Assembly (NCBI GenBank): GCA_044892525.1
Contig: CM097885.1
Location: forward strand, 38,814,001-38,878,000
Source: Schmidtea polychroa
Taxonomy: Eukaryota
Length of the DNA stretch: 64,000 nt
Direction: 5' to 3'
The position numbers were made by a program, and so were the translations under genes. The notes below the pieces were generated by a model that saw nothing but the letters and a program-made list of their open reading frames with translations, searched no databases and was not told the DNA's origin. This document shows positions 26,401 through 38,950 of the stretch, piece by piece (position 1 is the first letter of the stretch; every line of letters begins with the position of its first letter).

Positions 26401-28098
26401 CATTTTATAAAAAATATTATTTTTTAAAAACTTTAACATTTAAAATTTAATTTAATAATTTAAAAATTTTTTATTAATTATTTAATTTAACACAACAATC
26501 AATACATACAATACACAAAAGCTTATTTAAAAACACTCAACACACAAGTATTTACTGCATTCTGCACATTAATTTTCGGATTCAATGATTTTATCAACAA
26601 CGCCTCACAAATCACACGTTCCCAATAATTATCGAAGTTTTTTAATAAAATTTTAAAATCAGACATACCTATTTTAATCTTACAGCCCTTATTGTGCTCA
26701 CCAATATGGGTCAAAGACTTTGGTCTACAATGTTCTTGAGCTCGAATAAAGAGATGACGGGAAGTCTCTCCAATGTATGTGGCATTACACCCATTACATG
26801 TAAACTGATAAACGAGATCGGAACACAATTCAACCCGAGTTTTTGACTTATTATTATTTAAAGATGCTATTTAATATCAATTTAGGTGCTATCAATTGCG
26901 CTTTCGGGTACTAGTGAATAAAGCTGACTTAACCACAAAATATTTTATGCTATAAATAAATAGGTCTCATGACTCAAATAAGATTGAATATTTTTTAAAA
27001 ACTTACAGATTTCATAAGTTTTGATTCAGTTCCAACGCAGACATCTACAGTAACCTTTGATAAAAATGTTACAGGAGAAATTGTTTGAACTGATCTATCT
27101 TCCAAAGAGTATTGGCCAGACATTTTGAGATAAGCCATATTATCAACAGTTTGAACAGTTTTGGATTTTATCAGAGTTTCATTTTTGAAATAATTTGAAC
27201 TAAAAACCTTCGGGGGTGAAATATTAACAAATTCCAAATCTGATTTATTAGAATTAGTAAATGAACTGTTCTCACTTTTCGGACTTTGAAATTCACTAGT
27301 CAAGTTCTTATAGTTATGATTAGTAGTAATGTTTTTATAATTGCATTTGTAAAAATTACTTTGACCAGAAAATGAAGGTTTCCGTGAATGAATCGAATGT
27401 TTTGAATTGATTGGCTTTTTATACAAAAGTGAAGATCTCGAAAATTTTGGCGATTTTTTGAATGACAAATTTATTTGATCTTTATTACTTGATAAGGGAT
27501 TGTTAACCAAATTATCTAAAATATTCACTCTCAATTCTGAAACGTAATTGGTGCTTTTTTCAGGCATTTCGATTGGCTTATCATTTAAATTAGAAATGTT
27601 TCTTGAATTAATGAATCGATCAATTGAATTGAAATTTGCATTGTGAGATTCTTCAATTTTATTTACAAATTTCTCAGCATTTCTAATTCGACGATCAATG
27701 TCGTCATAGTTTTTTGCTAAGTCATTCAAATAATTTTCGAGCGCTTCGTCGTCTGAAGGATTATTAATCGAATCATCAGAATTGTTGCTTCGATTGTTTT
27801 TAAATAACCAACTTTCTGTTGGATTTCTATCGGTATTATTGTGGAGATTTCGTCGACTGGCTAATGGATGCGCAATGTCTTCTAAATTGTCAATGTGTCT
27901 TATATTAGAAAAATCATCAGTGTTTGTGTCTCGTTTATATTGGTTTAAGAGATTAGAATAATCCGGATCATTGCTACCAATATATTCGTGATTGGTGTTC
28001 GTTAAACGTTTGAAGTAAGTTTTATTCGAAATTTGAGATTTATTATCATGGAAGTATTTATTTGATTGAGGGTTGTTGTTGTTGTTAATAAAGATCAT
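20441..28098 (-). CDS. Two-exon gene (28098-27007 + 21709-20441), ~786 aa, N/S/K-rich, with a divergent C-terminal KH-like domain
   Basis: The 367-aa and 402-aa ORFs join through a phase-0 donor TCT|GTAAGT (27006) and acceptor TTTTCAG|CGT (21710). The C-terminus VKSVAAKNGCRIAI...CTVAGPNKENLDKCMNYLKETFP has type-I KH spacing but lacks GxxG. Extra internal exons are not excluded. Confidence 0.7.
21790..22620 (+). pseudogene. Decayed Ty3/gypsy integrase fragment (intronic)
   Basis: IENEWIARY...NGKQLTSS...HNIGYRHTTPYHSQ (rve core) with stops and frameshifts. Confidence 0.7.
22667..24533 (+). mobile_element. Full-length Tigger/pogo DNA transposon; transposase 22921-24399 broken by a single TGA (23380-23382)
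   Basis: TIR CAGTAGATTTCGCTTATAGAGAAC / GTTCTCTTTAAGCGGTATCTACTG with TA TSD. CENP-B-type HTH. Catalytic motifs NADETG, LVDNCSSH and QPLDAG. Confidence 0.96.
24700..25085. mobile_element. MITE-like element with repeated subterminal motifs
   Basis: Left gacattttatcacgcgacaac is inverted relative to three right-hand tgtcgcgtga repeats. Confidence 0.5.
26225..26855 (-). mobile_element. Penelope-like element 3' fragment (GIY-YIG ORF 26828-26523 plus terminus)
   Basis: VYQFTCNGCNATYIGETSRHL...ERVICEALLIKSLNPKIN; same family as 7150-8635. Confidence 0.92.
26297..26335 (-). ncRNA. Minimal hammerhead ribozyme with an intact core
   Basis: Minus strand: cac CTGATGA t GACAG gaaaa CTGTC GAAA TTAA TC^gtg. 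Stem I cac/gtg, perfect stem II, palindromic ATTAAT stem/loop III, AUC cleavage triplet. Confidence 0.85.
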
Positions 28099-28311
28099 AG
28101 ATTCTTTGCAATTTGGAAAAATGGTTTACTTGATCCATAACTTAATCAGAAAAGCAATGATAATAAATTCAATAATTAAATTGAATTATATATTAATTAA
28201 TTTATACAGTATGTAATATTAGAGAATATTTGAACATATATTGACTTTATTAGATTTATTGATGTGTTTTATTTAGATATATAGGCATGTTACATTGAGG
28301 TCCTATGGAAT

Positions 28312-31300
28312 CAGTGACGTAACTACTGTGGTAGAAGCACAACCGTGCTGCGGGGCCCGTGGAGTCAGGCCGTTTTGGGGGCCCAACACGACCAGAAAAA
28401 ACAAAATTTATGAGCAGTTTAGCACGGACAGTCAGTCAGAAGAACGTGATGCGACGCGATAAATTTCTAGTTACGAAATTAACATGGACATTACAAACGA
28501 ATAGATGTCACCAAAAATTCGATTGTTGTTTAACTGTACTTACTATACATTCTGTTTTGTGCGTAATATGACGTCGATTGTTTATTTGGTAAATGCGTAT
28601 TACAGGATGTTTTAAAAACTAAATTTATTAAATTAAAAACTCATTTAAACGTTAAAAAGAACACACTTCAAATTAATTTTATAAATGTTCAAGGATTAGT
28701 AAACTGTAATAAAACTAAAGCGTTGCAACCTTTTAATTTTTTCAACGTTGTATTTCAAAATAAATTGAATTAAATACTCGGACAGCTCTTGAGATTCCTC
28801 TTTTTTTCCTTATAAAACATTACACGTTATCAATACATTATTCACTACTTTTAGTTTAAAGTATTTCCGAGTTGGTTAAAATTCGTTTGTTTTCTACTAT
28901 ATATGATTTTCCGTTTGGGTCTCATTGGGTTGATTAGTTTTTAATTTAATTTATGTTATTTTTTAAAACACCGTATACCACGCATTTACCGTTTATTTTA
29001 ATTTCCAGTAAAAGTTTAATTAACGTTTTAATTTTGTTTTAATTATAATATTTGGAAATAATTTTAAATTTCAAGATATTAACAAAATTGTTGAGGATAT
29101 CTAAATAACAATTTATAAATATATAAATAAAATTATCTGGGGAAAGATCGCCATGATAAACAGGACGATCTATGGGAACTCAGAAAAGAAAACGGAAGTA
29201 AAAAGAAATGAGAAATGAGAAAGACGAAGGAAACAAAAGAAATTAAACAAGAAAATAAAAACCAAGGTCAGTAATAATTAATTAGTACAAAAAGAAAAAC
29301 GAATTTTGGAATCGGGAAAAAAGGAAAACAACAATATTCTTATCTCGACAGCCTGTCAGTGATAACGTAATTGCTAGGGAGAAGACGTTTGAACAAAAAA
29401 AGGAAAATAGCTTGACAGACGTCAGAGATAAAAATGGAACAGTCAGGAAAAGCAGGAGAAAGAAAGTGGAAAAACACTTGATTATCTTGAGTGCCACAAT
29501 ATCAGCAAACTATATAAAGAGAAACGAGCGAGACAGAATTAGAAAAAAAGTGACGCAAAACTAAAACAATTTGTGAGACAATTTGGGAGAGACAATTGTG
29601 AGACGATTTGAGAGACAAACTGAGAGATAAAATTATTGGAGAAAAATTTGACAATGTCGGACGAAACGTTGTTGGAGAAACGATTGTGAAAAAGAATTGT
29701 AAGAAAATAGTTGTGAAGAATAATTGTTGGAGAAGATTTGAATAAAAGAATAAGTTGGAAAATTAAACGAAAAGAAGTTATTTGAGTATTTGAATAAACT
29801 TGTGAAGAAGGTCAAATAAAACAACCAGCTCAAAGTCCCAGTTGATAAACCAATCAGTAATTTGTGTTCTTTTAATCCTGTGTTATACGCAAGTGATATT
29901 CCTCACCGAGTGTTGTAATATGCATTGTATAGTCACCAAGCAGAGTGTTGAATTTATTGTCAGTGCAAAGTGAAAGTTATTTGTGATTATCAATAAAGAT
30001 AATGTTATTGGTGGATCGTATAAAGACACGTTTGGAGTCAGAGTAACATTTAAATTTATCACCAACCCAATAACTCAACAAAATATAATGCAGCCGAAAA
30101 TGTCATATCAACACACTAGTGGAGCAACAAAAGCGTCCGGATATGTTAAGATTAATTAAAATAGAAAATAGATCATTTTTGTAAACCAGCACCTATGCAA
30201 AGTCAATCTGCCTCTACCGAGTTGGAAAGTAGACCCTGCCAAGATAGCTGTAAAGTAGTAGGTAGAACGCCATACACTAGCCGCTTTAATGAAGGAAATG
30301 TTGAAACTCGGCTATCGATTTCGGAAGAGTGAAATAATAGTTCTACTGTTGCTTATTCAGTCAAAGCGTTTGATCCAAACACTATCGAAGCTGAAAATGT
30401 TCAAACAAATTGGATGTTATTCCAGTCAAACCTGAAGATCTCAGCAACATAATGATTTTGAGACAATTACCAACGGAGAGAGCAAATTATTCTGTTAATA
30501 TAAGTGACAATATCATCAAACGGATTTTAGTGGAACATGGACCATGCCAGGTCAATGGTCCTTTTCCTAGAGATCTTAATCAAAAAATCAAGAGATTTTC
30601 AGAAAAAAAGTATGAGAAGAAAACTAAAGCTAGTTTGAAATTACCAGTTACTTGGTTTTATTATTCACAGAAATTTGGTTCTGTGTATTGTGTTGGTTTT
30701 TTGATGATCGCACAATACTTAGAAATGAACCTGCATGGGAAAAAATGAATTCGTAAATGGAAATCATTAACAAGTAATATTCGTATGCATGAAGATTCAG
30801 ATAAGCCTACTAAAGCCTGTGTGGCTTTTGACAGGACTGTACTGGAAACACATTTAGGCCCGGAAATATCGGTGACGTAGGCCCAAAATATTAAATTTAA
30901 GAAAAAAAAATTTTAAAAAGTACATTAGTAATTTATAAACATATTTACCAAAATAATAAGAGTTTTTTTCAATAATTGCAACAAAAATCAAAATTAAGTA
31001 ATTAAAAATAATTAAATAAATATTATTAATTAAACAAGTTTTTTTAATATTTTACTTTTTTCTATATCAATTACTATATTATTGTCAATTTTATTTAGAA
31101 TCTTTTTTACACCCCATGAGCATAAATGCTTCCAAATATTTTTGACTTAAACAATTTTTGAGTCGATTTAAAATATATTTTAACTTGGATAAAGATCTCT
31201 CACAAGATACTTGTGTTGATGATGAGTAATAACAAATTTGTAAGCTAAAAATAAATTTGAGTATGTTAGTGTAGATGAAATTTTTGCAAAACTGCATAAC

Positions 31301-31851
31301 AGCATACAATACAAATTCTGCATGATTTGCAAGATCTTACTGTATTAATCTCTTCATCATCCTCTTCATCATAAAACAATTCACTTCTATCTTCTCCTTC
31401 GTAATATTTTTATTTAATTTTTTATTTATTAAATTGGTTACAGATTCAAAAATGTGACTAGGTATATAAATACTTGAAATTTGTGCGAAATTATTTGGAT
31501 CTAAATAGAATATAAGGATCATTTTTTAAAAATCGTTCATTCATGTTACTGGTAACTGCATCCATTATAACATTATATACACTTATACGAAATCTATCAT
31601 TAGAGTTATCCGTTCTATTTATTTTATGTGTTTGACATAACATTGTTTCAATTTGAATTTCGATTTCTAGTTCTTTATTTGCAGCCAATGCAAAATTTAC
31701 TACTGCATGATATACAGAATCAAAATATCTTTGTATTTTAAATGAATGAACGATTTTTAAAAAATGATCCTTATATTCTATTTAGATACAAATAATTTCC
31801 CACAAATTTCAAGTATTTATATACCTAGTCACATTTTTGAATCTGTAACCA
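28312..31851. mobile_element. Rearranged hAT (TTF/ZMYM-type) remnant with nested pieces
   Basis: CAGTGACGTA end at 28312. TTF-like GPCQVNGPFPRD...WFYYSQKFGSVYC (30410-30748, plus). hATC dimerisation motif TQVSCERSLSKLKYILNRL (31091-31309, minus). Nested TIR pair GGTAAATGCGT at 28588-28990. Confidence 0.65.
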
Positions 31852-34449
31852 TATATATCCATCATTTTGGTTTTAGTACTAACCCCAACAATATTCTATT
31901 TACAATTTACTGTTAAAATTTATTTAATATATAAGTACAGTATCTTTCGGACACAGTAAAATCGAATATTATAAAAATTGGATGTATTGTAAAATTAGTG
32001 TGGTTCATGATAGTACTGTACACTTCATTTAAATTAAATCGGCTTTCATGAAATCTGGTTATAATAAAATATTTCTAGCAAAAGGCACTTTAAATTCCAG
32101 AAGTTACACTATTTATATTAAAGATAATTTTATCATTAAATTCATCTAATAAATATTATTGTTTTATTAAATAAAAAGAATTTAAGTCGAAGTTCTTAAA
32201 ACTTATTTGAATAATGGGCATCTTGTAAATAATTTATTTTATAATATTTATTGTAGAAAAAAATTGTTAGTCAAATAATGACAATCGCGCGTAAGTAAAT
32301 TTTAAATTGCCATAATTTCAATTTATACAATAAAATATATAGAAACTTATTAATGAAAGATTATATTCAGTGAAGAGAGAACAATTTAAATGATACAGTT
32401 TGGGATGCTATCTGTAAATTTTGAATATAATCTTGATATATTGAAAGATAAACATACTATAGCGAATATCTAAAATTTTTATTAAGTTTCTTTTAATAGG
32501 TTTATCTATAGATGTATACACCTTAGGAAATACTGAAAGGAATAATGTATTTCAAGGTATGATTTAGATTTATTTTAGTTAAAGTTATAAAATTTATTGT
32601 AATTTTTCAAATGATTTTAGTTCTTTATGATAAATTCAATATATAATTTGCAAATTAACAATTCATGAATCAATTTATCATTAATGTCTTAAAATCACTT
32701 ATAAATCAATTCGAAATCTTCACATAAAGCTACTCAATTTTTACCAAATTCAAATTAATTAATAAATAAAATTACATAACTTAGTACAAAAGTTTACTTG
32801 AATTACTTTTTGACATTTTCCTCAATTAATGAATTAAGGCAAAGCTGAATATTGTAAAACTCAAAATATTTATTGGACATGAATAATCCAATTCCTAAGT
32901 TAATTTCAATTTTAAAATGAATTTTTAATTTTATTACTGCTCATTATTTTGTCTTTTATTTTTTAAACTCAGAATTATATCTTTTAACCGTGTTTTATTT
33001 AAAATTATTTACCAAACAAAATAATCTTCTATTCAATTTATGTTTTCAAAGAAATTGTTAATATTAGTTGGCATTTCATTTGTATTGTCGACCTTTATTG
33101 GCAGGCCCTTTCGAATTTCCTATTTGGATCGAAAATAATGTCTCCTTGAGTTTCACTATTTATTTTGATAAAAATAAATTATCTGAGTCCTTCATGGTAT
33201 TACTATTTTCTTCTGACCTAATTTTTGCAGATCAGCATTAAGGCATTCAAATTTCGAATTCCACAATTCTTTGTTTTTTAAACTCCAGCAATTACATTTC
33301 AAAAGCGCCAATGTCAATAGTAAAGGGAGAGAAATTCAATTCTGTTACGTCAAAACTGAGTGGTTTTTTAAATAAGACTTAAGTCGGTATGCTATTGTTA
33401 GGATTGATCTGGTGGATAAAGATACCTAACACAGTTACTAATTTATCTAAATCTAGAAGATCAATAGCGTGTATAAATAATAATATGGATTAACTAAGAT
33501 AACAACGTTGATTGATTTTCCAAAAATATATTTATTGTGCACAAGATATCTACAATTTGTTAATTGAGTTTCCCCAAAATGCCGCTGTTGCTAAAGCACA
33601 GAAATCGCTTATTCGAACCGTCCTCAGGAAAAGAACACACGCTGGATCTAATTGCTTCTCACCACTGTATGATAAGAATGGGCTTGGTGAGAGATTTGGT
33701 GTGTATTATGACTCGGGGAATTATTATGACTCATCCGGATGACTCAGGGTGATTCATTTCAAAAAAAATTTTAATTCAAATTTTAAAGGGCCAACTAATT
33801 TATGGATATTATTCGAAAGGTCTTGAAGAGCTCTATCCAATGGTCAAACCCTCGTATTTGTATGGTGTCCTCAACCTTCAAAGGGTCAAGAACCTTCAAC
33901 TTTTAAAAAATATATATCAAAGGTTTATTACGCACGCGAGAGTTATTATTATTATATAGTTTAATTATTTCCAAAAGATTCTTAAACTCATTTGACATTA
34001 CATTTTCGTAAAGTAAATAGCTAATTCTAATATTATTAGTATGTATAGTGGTAGCCAATTTGGCGGTGAATTAATATATTTTGTTGGTAAACAGTACTTA
34101 TAAGAATGAACAAAAACAATTGTGGGAGATTTGTACTTCCTATTCTTAAACGTATTTGTAGTTTTGGTATAAAAACTGCTAAAGATGTGATTATGGATAA
34201 ACAGAAAATATTACCATCCCTAAAATCAGAATGCTTTAGCTGAATTAGGGAAAGTTCTACCAGCTCATGCTCCAAAACTTAAAAGACATAGAATATCACG
34301 TATAAACAAACGAATGAAATGACATGAAGCTATATTTGCAAAATGATTTGGTAAATCCGAATTGTGTATAATTGATCGACCATCACTTCAGTCTGTAATT
34401 GAATTTGAGGCATATGAGGAAGTTTTTCTTATGCATTCAATTACTGATA

Positions 34450-34970
34450 CCGTATTTCCCCGAAAATAAGACACTGTCTTACTTCAAATTTTCAGTAAAA
34501 AAGCTACCTAGGGCTTATTTTCGGGTCATATTTTCAAAACAAATTTATTACGTTTAAAAACTAGACATTTATTCAAATATAATCATGTCATCCACCTCAT
34601 TTACATCACCATCATTACTGTCAGTCGGGGTTACAATATTGCCCATCCGTGATTCAATTTCATCCAAGATCATCGGTCCAAATCTCGAATGCCTGGCAAT
34701 ATAGCTATCTTCAAACGAGCAATTTTTATCCAAGTATCCTGCTCTTAGTGCGTTACCAATGGACGTATCCGTGATTGCATTCAGTATTTGCTAACCAGTA
34801 TTTGACACTTTAAAGCATATATTTATGGCTAATTTGAATTAAAATGACTATTTTTTTCGTTATGTAAATAAGTAAACAGATCTTTCAAGGTAGGTCTTAT
34901 TTTCAGGGTAGGTCTTATATTTTTTGTGGGCGAATAATTCATGCTAGGTCTTATTATAGGGGAAATACGG
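34450..34970. mobile_element. pogo-type non-autonomous element
   Basis: TIR CCGTATTTCCCCGAAAATAAGAC / GTCTTATTATAGGGGAAATACGG with TA TSD. Confidence 0.88.
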
Positions 34971-35031
34971 TAGTAGAAATCATATAGAGTTTTATATTAA
35001 TGGCTCACAAACTGAGTACTTTATTGACTAT

Positions 35032-38000
35032 TGTTAGTGTTGGGCTAGAACTGATTTCTAGGCCCAAAACTCTAATTTGTGACTAGAATGCGTAGGTACA
35101 TAGCACGCAAAAAGCAAAAAGTACAGTCAAATTATAAAAATACATCAAGTAAACAATATTAATTAAGAGGCAAAACAACAAAAAATATAAACACAGAAAT
35201 TAAATAAAATAAACAATTATAATCGTACAAAAAATTCACAATTCCAGAAAAATCCGAAAAACAATCGCTACACACTTCCAGCACTGATTCCTCTAACTCA
35301 AAAATACCAAAGAAACATAGAATTACAAAAAGCAGACCCGAATAGCTTAGAAAGATGGTAAAACATCGGAAAATTCTAGAAAATCCTAGGACATTTCATA
35401 AGAATGGCGAGAACCATCAGGAAAGCCACATAAAACAATAAAAGTCATCAAAATAAATAAATTAGTAATAAAAATAAAAATTCTTAAAAAGAAATTCAGA
35501 AAACATCAATGAAAATAAAAATTAAATTAAAAGTAATATGGAATGTTCTGGAACCGTTCCAAATCCATCATGGAGGTAAAATTAGCAAGAAATAATTAGA
35601 AAATAAAAATTTAAAAATAAAAATGATGGCGCAAAAATCGCCATTAAAAATATCAAAAATAGAAAATAGAAAATTCTAGAATAAAAAGAATTCGAGTTTG
35701 TTTTAATGCATCAATACATACACGTGTACTTGCACACACAAAATAGGTATATATACCGACGCATTTTAGTCACAAAAACACTTATGCCAAAAAGTTTTCT
35801 TCGACACCAGAAAATCGATAGTAAGGGAAATTTTATTGTATTGTTATTTCATGAATAATTATTCGTATATGTTTATTTAAAATCTCCGAATATTATGATG
35901 CTAATTTATGCTGATCTATTGAATTTTTTTTATTTTTATTTATTTTATGTACATTTAAGCAAGGGTGACCATCGTCGTCTTAAGGGTATTTTGCTCACGA
36001 CGATGACCAGCCTTGCTTCCAATTTAACAAGATCTCATGCACCATATTTGGGTCTACGATCCCACATGCACTAAAATCACACTTTTCTCATAACCAGAGG
36101 TAGCCACGAACTATTGGTGTTCAACCATGAGTAGGGCGGTAAATCCATCTCGGTAGTTGTTATAGTCGTAGGGACTATGCGAACGAAACAATTTTTGGGA
36201 TACTAATCGCGGGTAAATAACACAATAGGGCCTATCGTACCGTATTCAGTTGAATCGGGAAAGTAGGTAAATTTTAATTAATGCGACCTTTCAGTAAATT
36301 ACATACATAAAATGAACACTAAACTATTCTATAGGAAACACATCATTAGGAAAATGTAAACGGGAAATATCCCAGACTCAAATTATTACAAAAGTTCTCA
36401 AGTAGTCGGCTAATTGTACAAATTATTTTTCAGTATGCCCGATATTAATTAATAGACTCTAGTAATATTATTCCTATTTATATTCAATCATAAATGTAAT
36501 TTAATTCCCGTTCGAGGGTGTATTCATCATAAACTTAAATCATTTTATAAAATCACCTACCTTTATATATGTGTCTTTAAACATTACTGTAAAGTTTTGA
36601 TAACAAACGCAATTGCATTTAAAAAAAATTTTTTTTTCATATCAGTTATTGATTGTACCATAACAATTTATTAACGAAAAATAACTAGATTTTTATTATG
36701 AGATGTTGATCTGAAAGGGTGTATTGCAAAGTTTTGATAAAGTCAAAACGAATTAGAAATCTAAAAATTAACTACCATCCCGTTAAGACGACGATGAAGC
36801 TACTTACAACCTCTACGGATAGGAATTGCCAGGGACCGAATATAACTAGCGGCACGTAGCAATATCCCTCCCCGTAGTGGATCCTAGCAGCATAGTTTTT
36901 TTGTATAATGTTTTTACATAAATTTTTTAATAATGTTTCTAAATAAATTATTTTTCAAAATAATGTTTAAACATTAAATCAACAAGTTAACCTTTTTGAC
37001 TAAGTTAAACAACAGTAGTTTGAAAATGGAAAATTAAGGATAGAAATTTTTGTAGTTTCATTTGTTAATTTTAATTTATCAACTCTTAACTTATTAAATC
37101 TGAACTTAGTAGTACTTAAATTACATATATAAATTTAGTTAATTTAACAATTATATATGGTCAAATTCTGTCAAATTCTGTTAATTGTAGTAACGGGGAC
37201 CTAAAGAAATCGGACATAAGCCTTCTATCGGCAGTCCGTGAACCTCAGTGGGTGCTAGACAATTATAGTATGCTAAGCATGCTCACTTTTTGCTAGCACT
37301 CAAACCCAGTACCAACGTTGATTGCTCAACGGGTATCAAGTGGTCAGCTGTCAATTGTATTCTGGGTTACGCTGGAAACAGCACGAGTAAGTAGACACTT
37401 TAGATCACCTGTAACCCACCATTAGACTAAAACTGATTTCTAGACCTAAAACCTTATTTTTGGGACTGAAATGTGTTGGCACATAGCATGCATACCTGAC
37501 AATAAGTTTAGTTAAATATAAAGATAAAAATATCAACTAAACAATATTAATTAAGAGAAACACAACAGAAAATAAAAACACTGAAATTAAATAAAATCTC
37601 AAATGCAAGAAGTATTGCAAGAAAATTAACTCAAATAAAACAGAGAAACAGAATTAGAAAAAACACTCGAATGACATCGAAAGATAGTAAAATACTAATT
37701 ATAGAGGAAATTCCAGAACCATTCATAAAAATGGCGACATCCATCATAAAACCCATGTAAACCAACAAAAGTTAACAAAAATAAATAAATTAGTTTTAAA
37801 AATAAAAAAATTTGAAAAAGAATTTAGAAAAAACAACATTAAAATAAAAAATAAAATTGTAAAATATAATTTATAAACACCTAATGTTATTAGTTATAAA
37901 ATATAATTTCATATTGTAGAGTATAATTTTTAAATGCCTAACGGTATCAATTATAGGACTATAATTAAGTAGACCTCAGACCTAAACTGATCACAGTTCT

Positions 38001-38950
38001 ACAATTCACAATTGATGTAGACGGTTACATTTCGTAGAAATAAACCTACCTATACGGTTGTCGAAGCTAGATTCTTAAATGAATGCATTAATAGCAAAGT
38101 AAACGAAAGAAATTCTTTTTTAAGTAACTCAAAAGTGATAAAATGGTTCGACATACGTATCGATAGAATTCGTTTATTAAAACTATAGATTTGATAAAAT
38201 ATAAACTATAGAGTGTAATTTTATATTATATTCAAAAATATAACTTGTATATTCTTATTACCTTTAAAGTATGAATTTACCCAGAAACCTAATTTATAAA
38301 TCCATACTATTCGTAGATTATCAAGGATAAATCTATATTATGACCAAAAACCTGAACTGTATATTCTCATTTCTCTTAAATTATAATGTATAAATCTTTA
38401 TTCAATTGCCAATTACAACTTAGAATTTAGTATTATAATTTATGATCCAATTTATTCCTCAAATATGAATTACAAATGGGAATCTTATATAAAAATATAA
38501 ATGATTTTATCGATAAATTATAAATCGTAACTTGAATTTATATATAAAGTATAAATTAAAAGTCTTCAATCATAAATTGTAGTGTAAATTAGTTATAAAT
38601 TATAACTTGAAATTATATATAAAATATAAATTAAAAGTCTACTTTAATCATAAACTATAAAGTATAAATTAGATAAATGATAAATTATAATTAGAAATTA
38701 TAAATAAAATATAAAATGAGAGTCCACTTTAGTCATAAAATATAAAGCACAAAGTAGATAACCTATAAACTATAAATTTAACTTAGCTTCACGAAAAATA
38801 TAAATTATAAATTCAAAAGTATAAATTATAAAATTATATTAACTTTTAAAGTATAAACTATAAAGTTAATTTCATAAAAATATAAATTGTAAATTTCCTA
38901 AATGACCCCCCTCAGATTATATATATTTATCAGTAATTACACTAATATAG
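35032..38950 (+). mobile_element. LTR-like unit B, interrupted at its 5' tip by unit A; right end not defined
   Basis: Removing A restores TGTTAGACTAAAACTGATTTCTAG, homologous to TGTTGGGCTAGAACTGATTTCTAG. 37426-37860 aligns with A and C. Contains a 7-bp TATAAAN array. Confidence 0.65.
35038..37421 (+). mobile_element. LTR-like unit A (solo-LTR-like, 2384 bp)
   Basis: Termini TGTTGGG...CCCACCA with a perfect 4-bp TSD TTAG (35034-35037, 37422-37425). The 5' ~780 bp and 3' ~230 bp are homologous to unit C. Confidence 0.8.
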
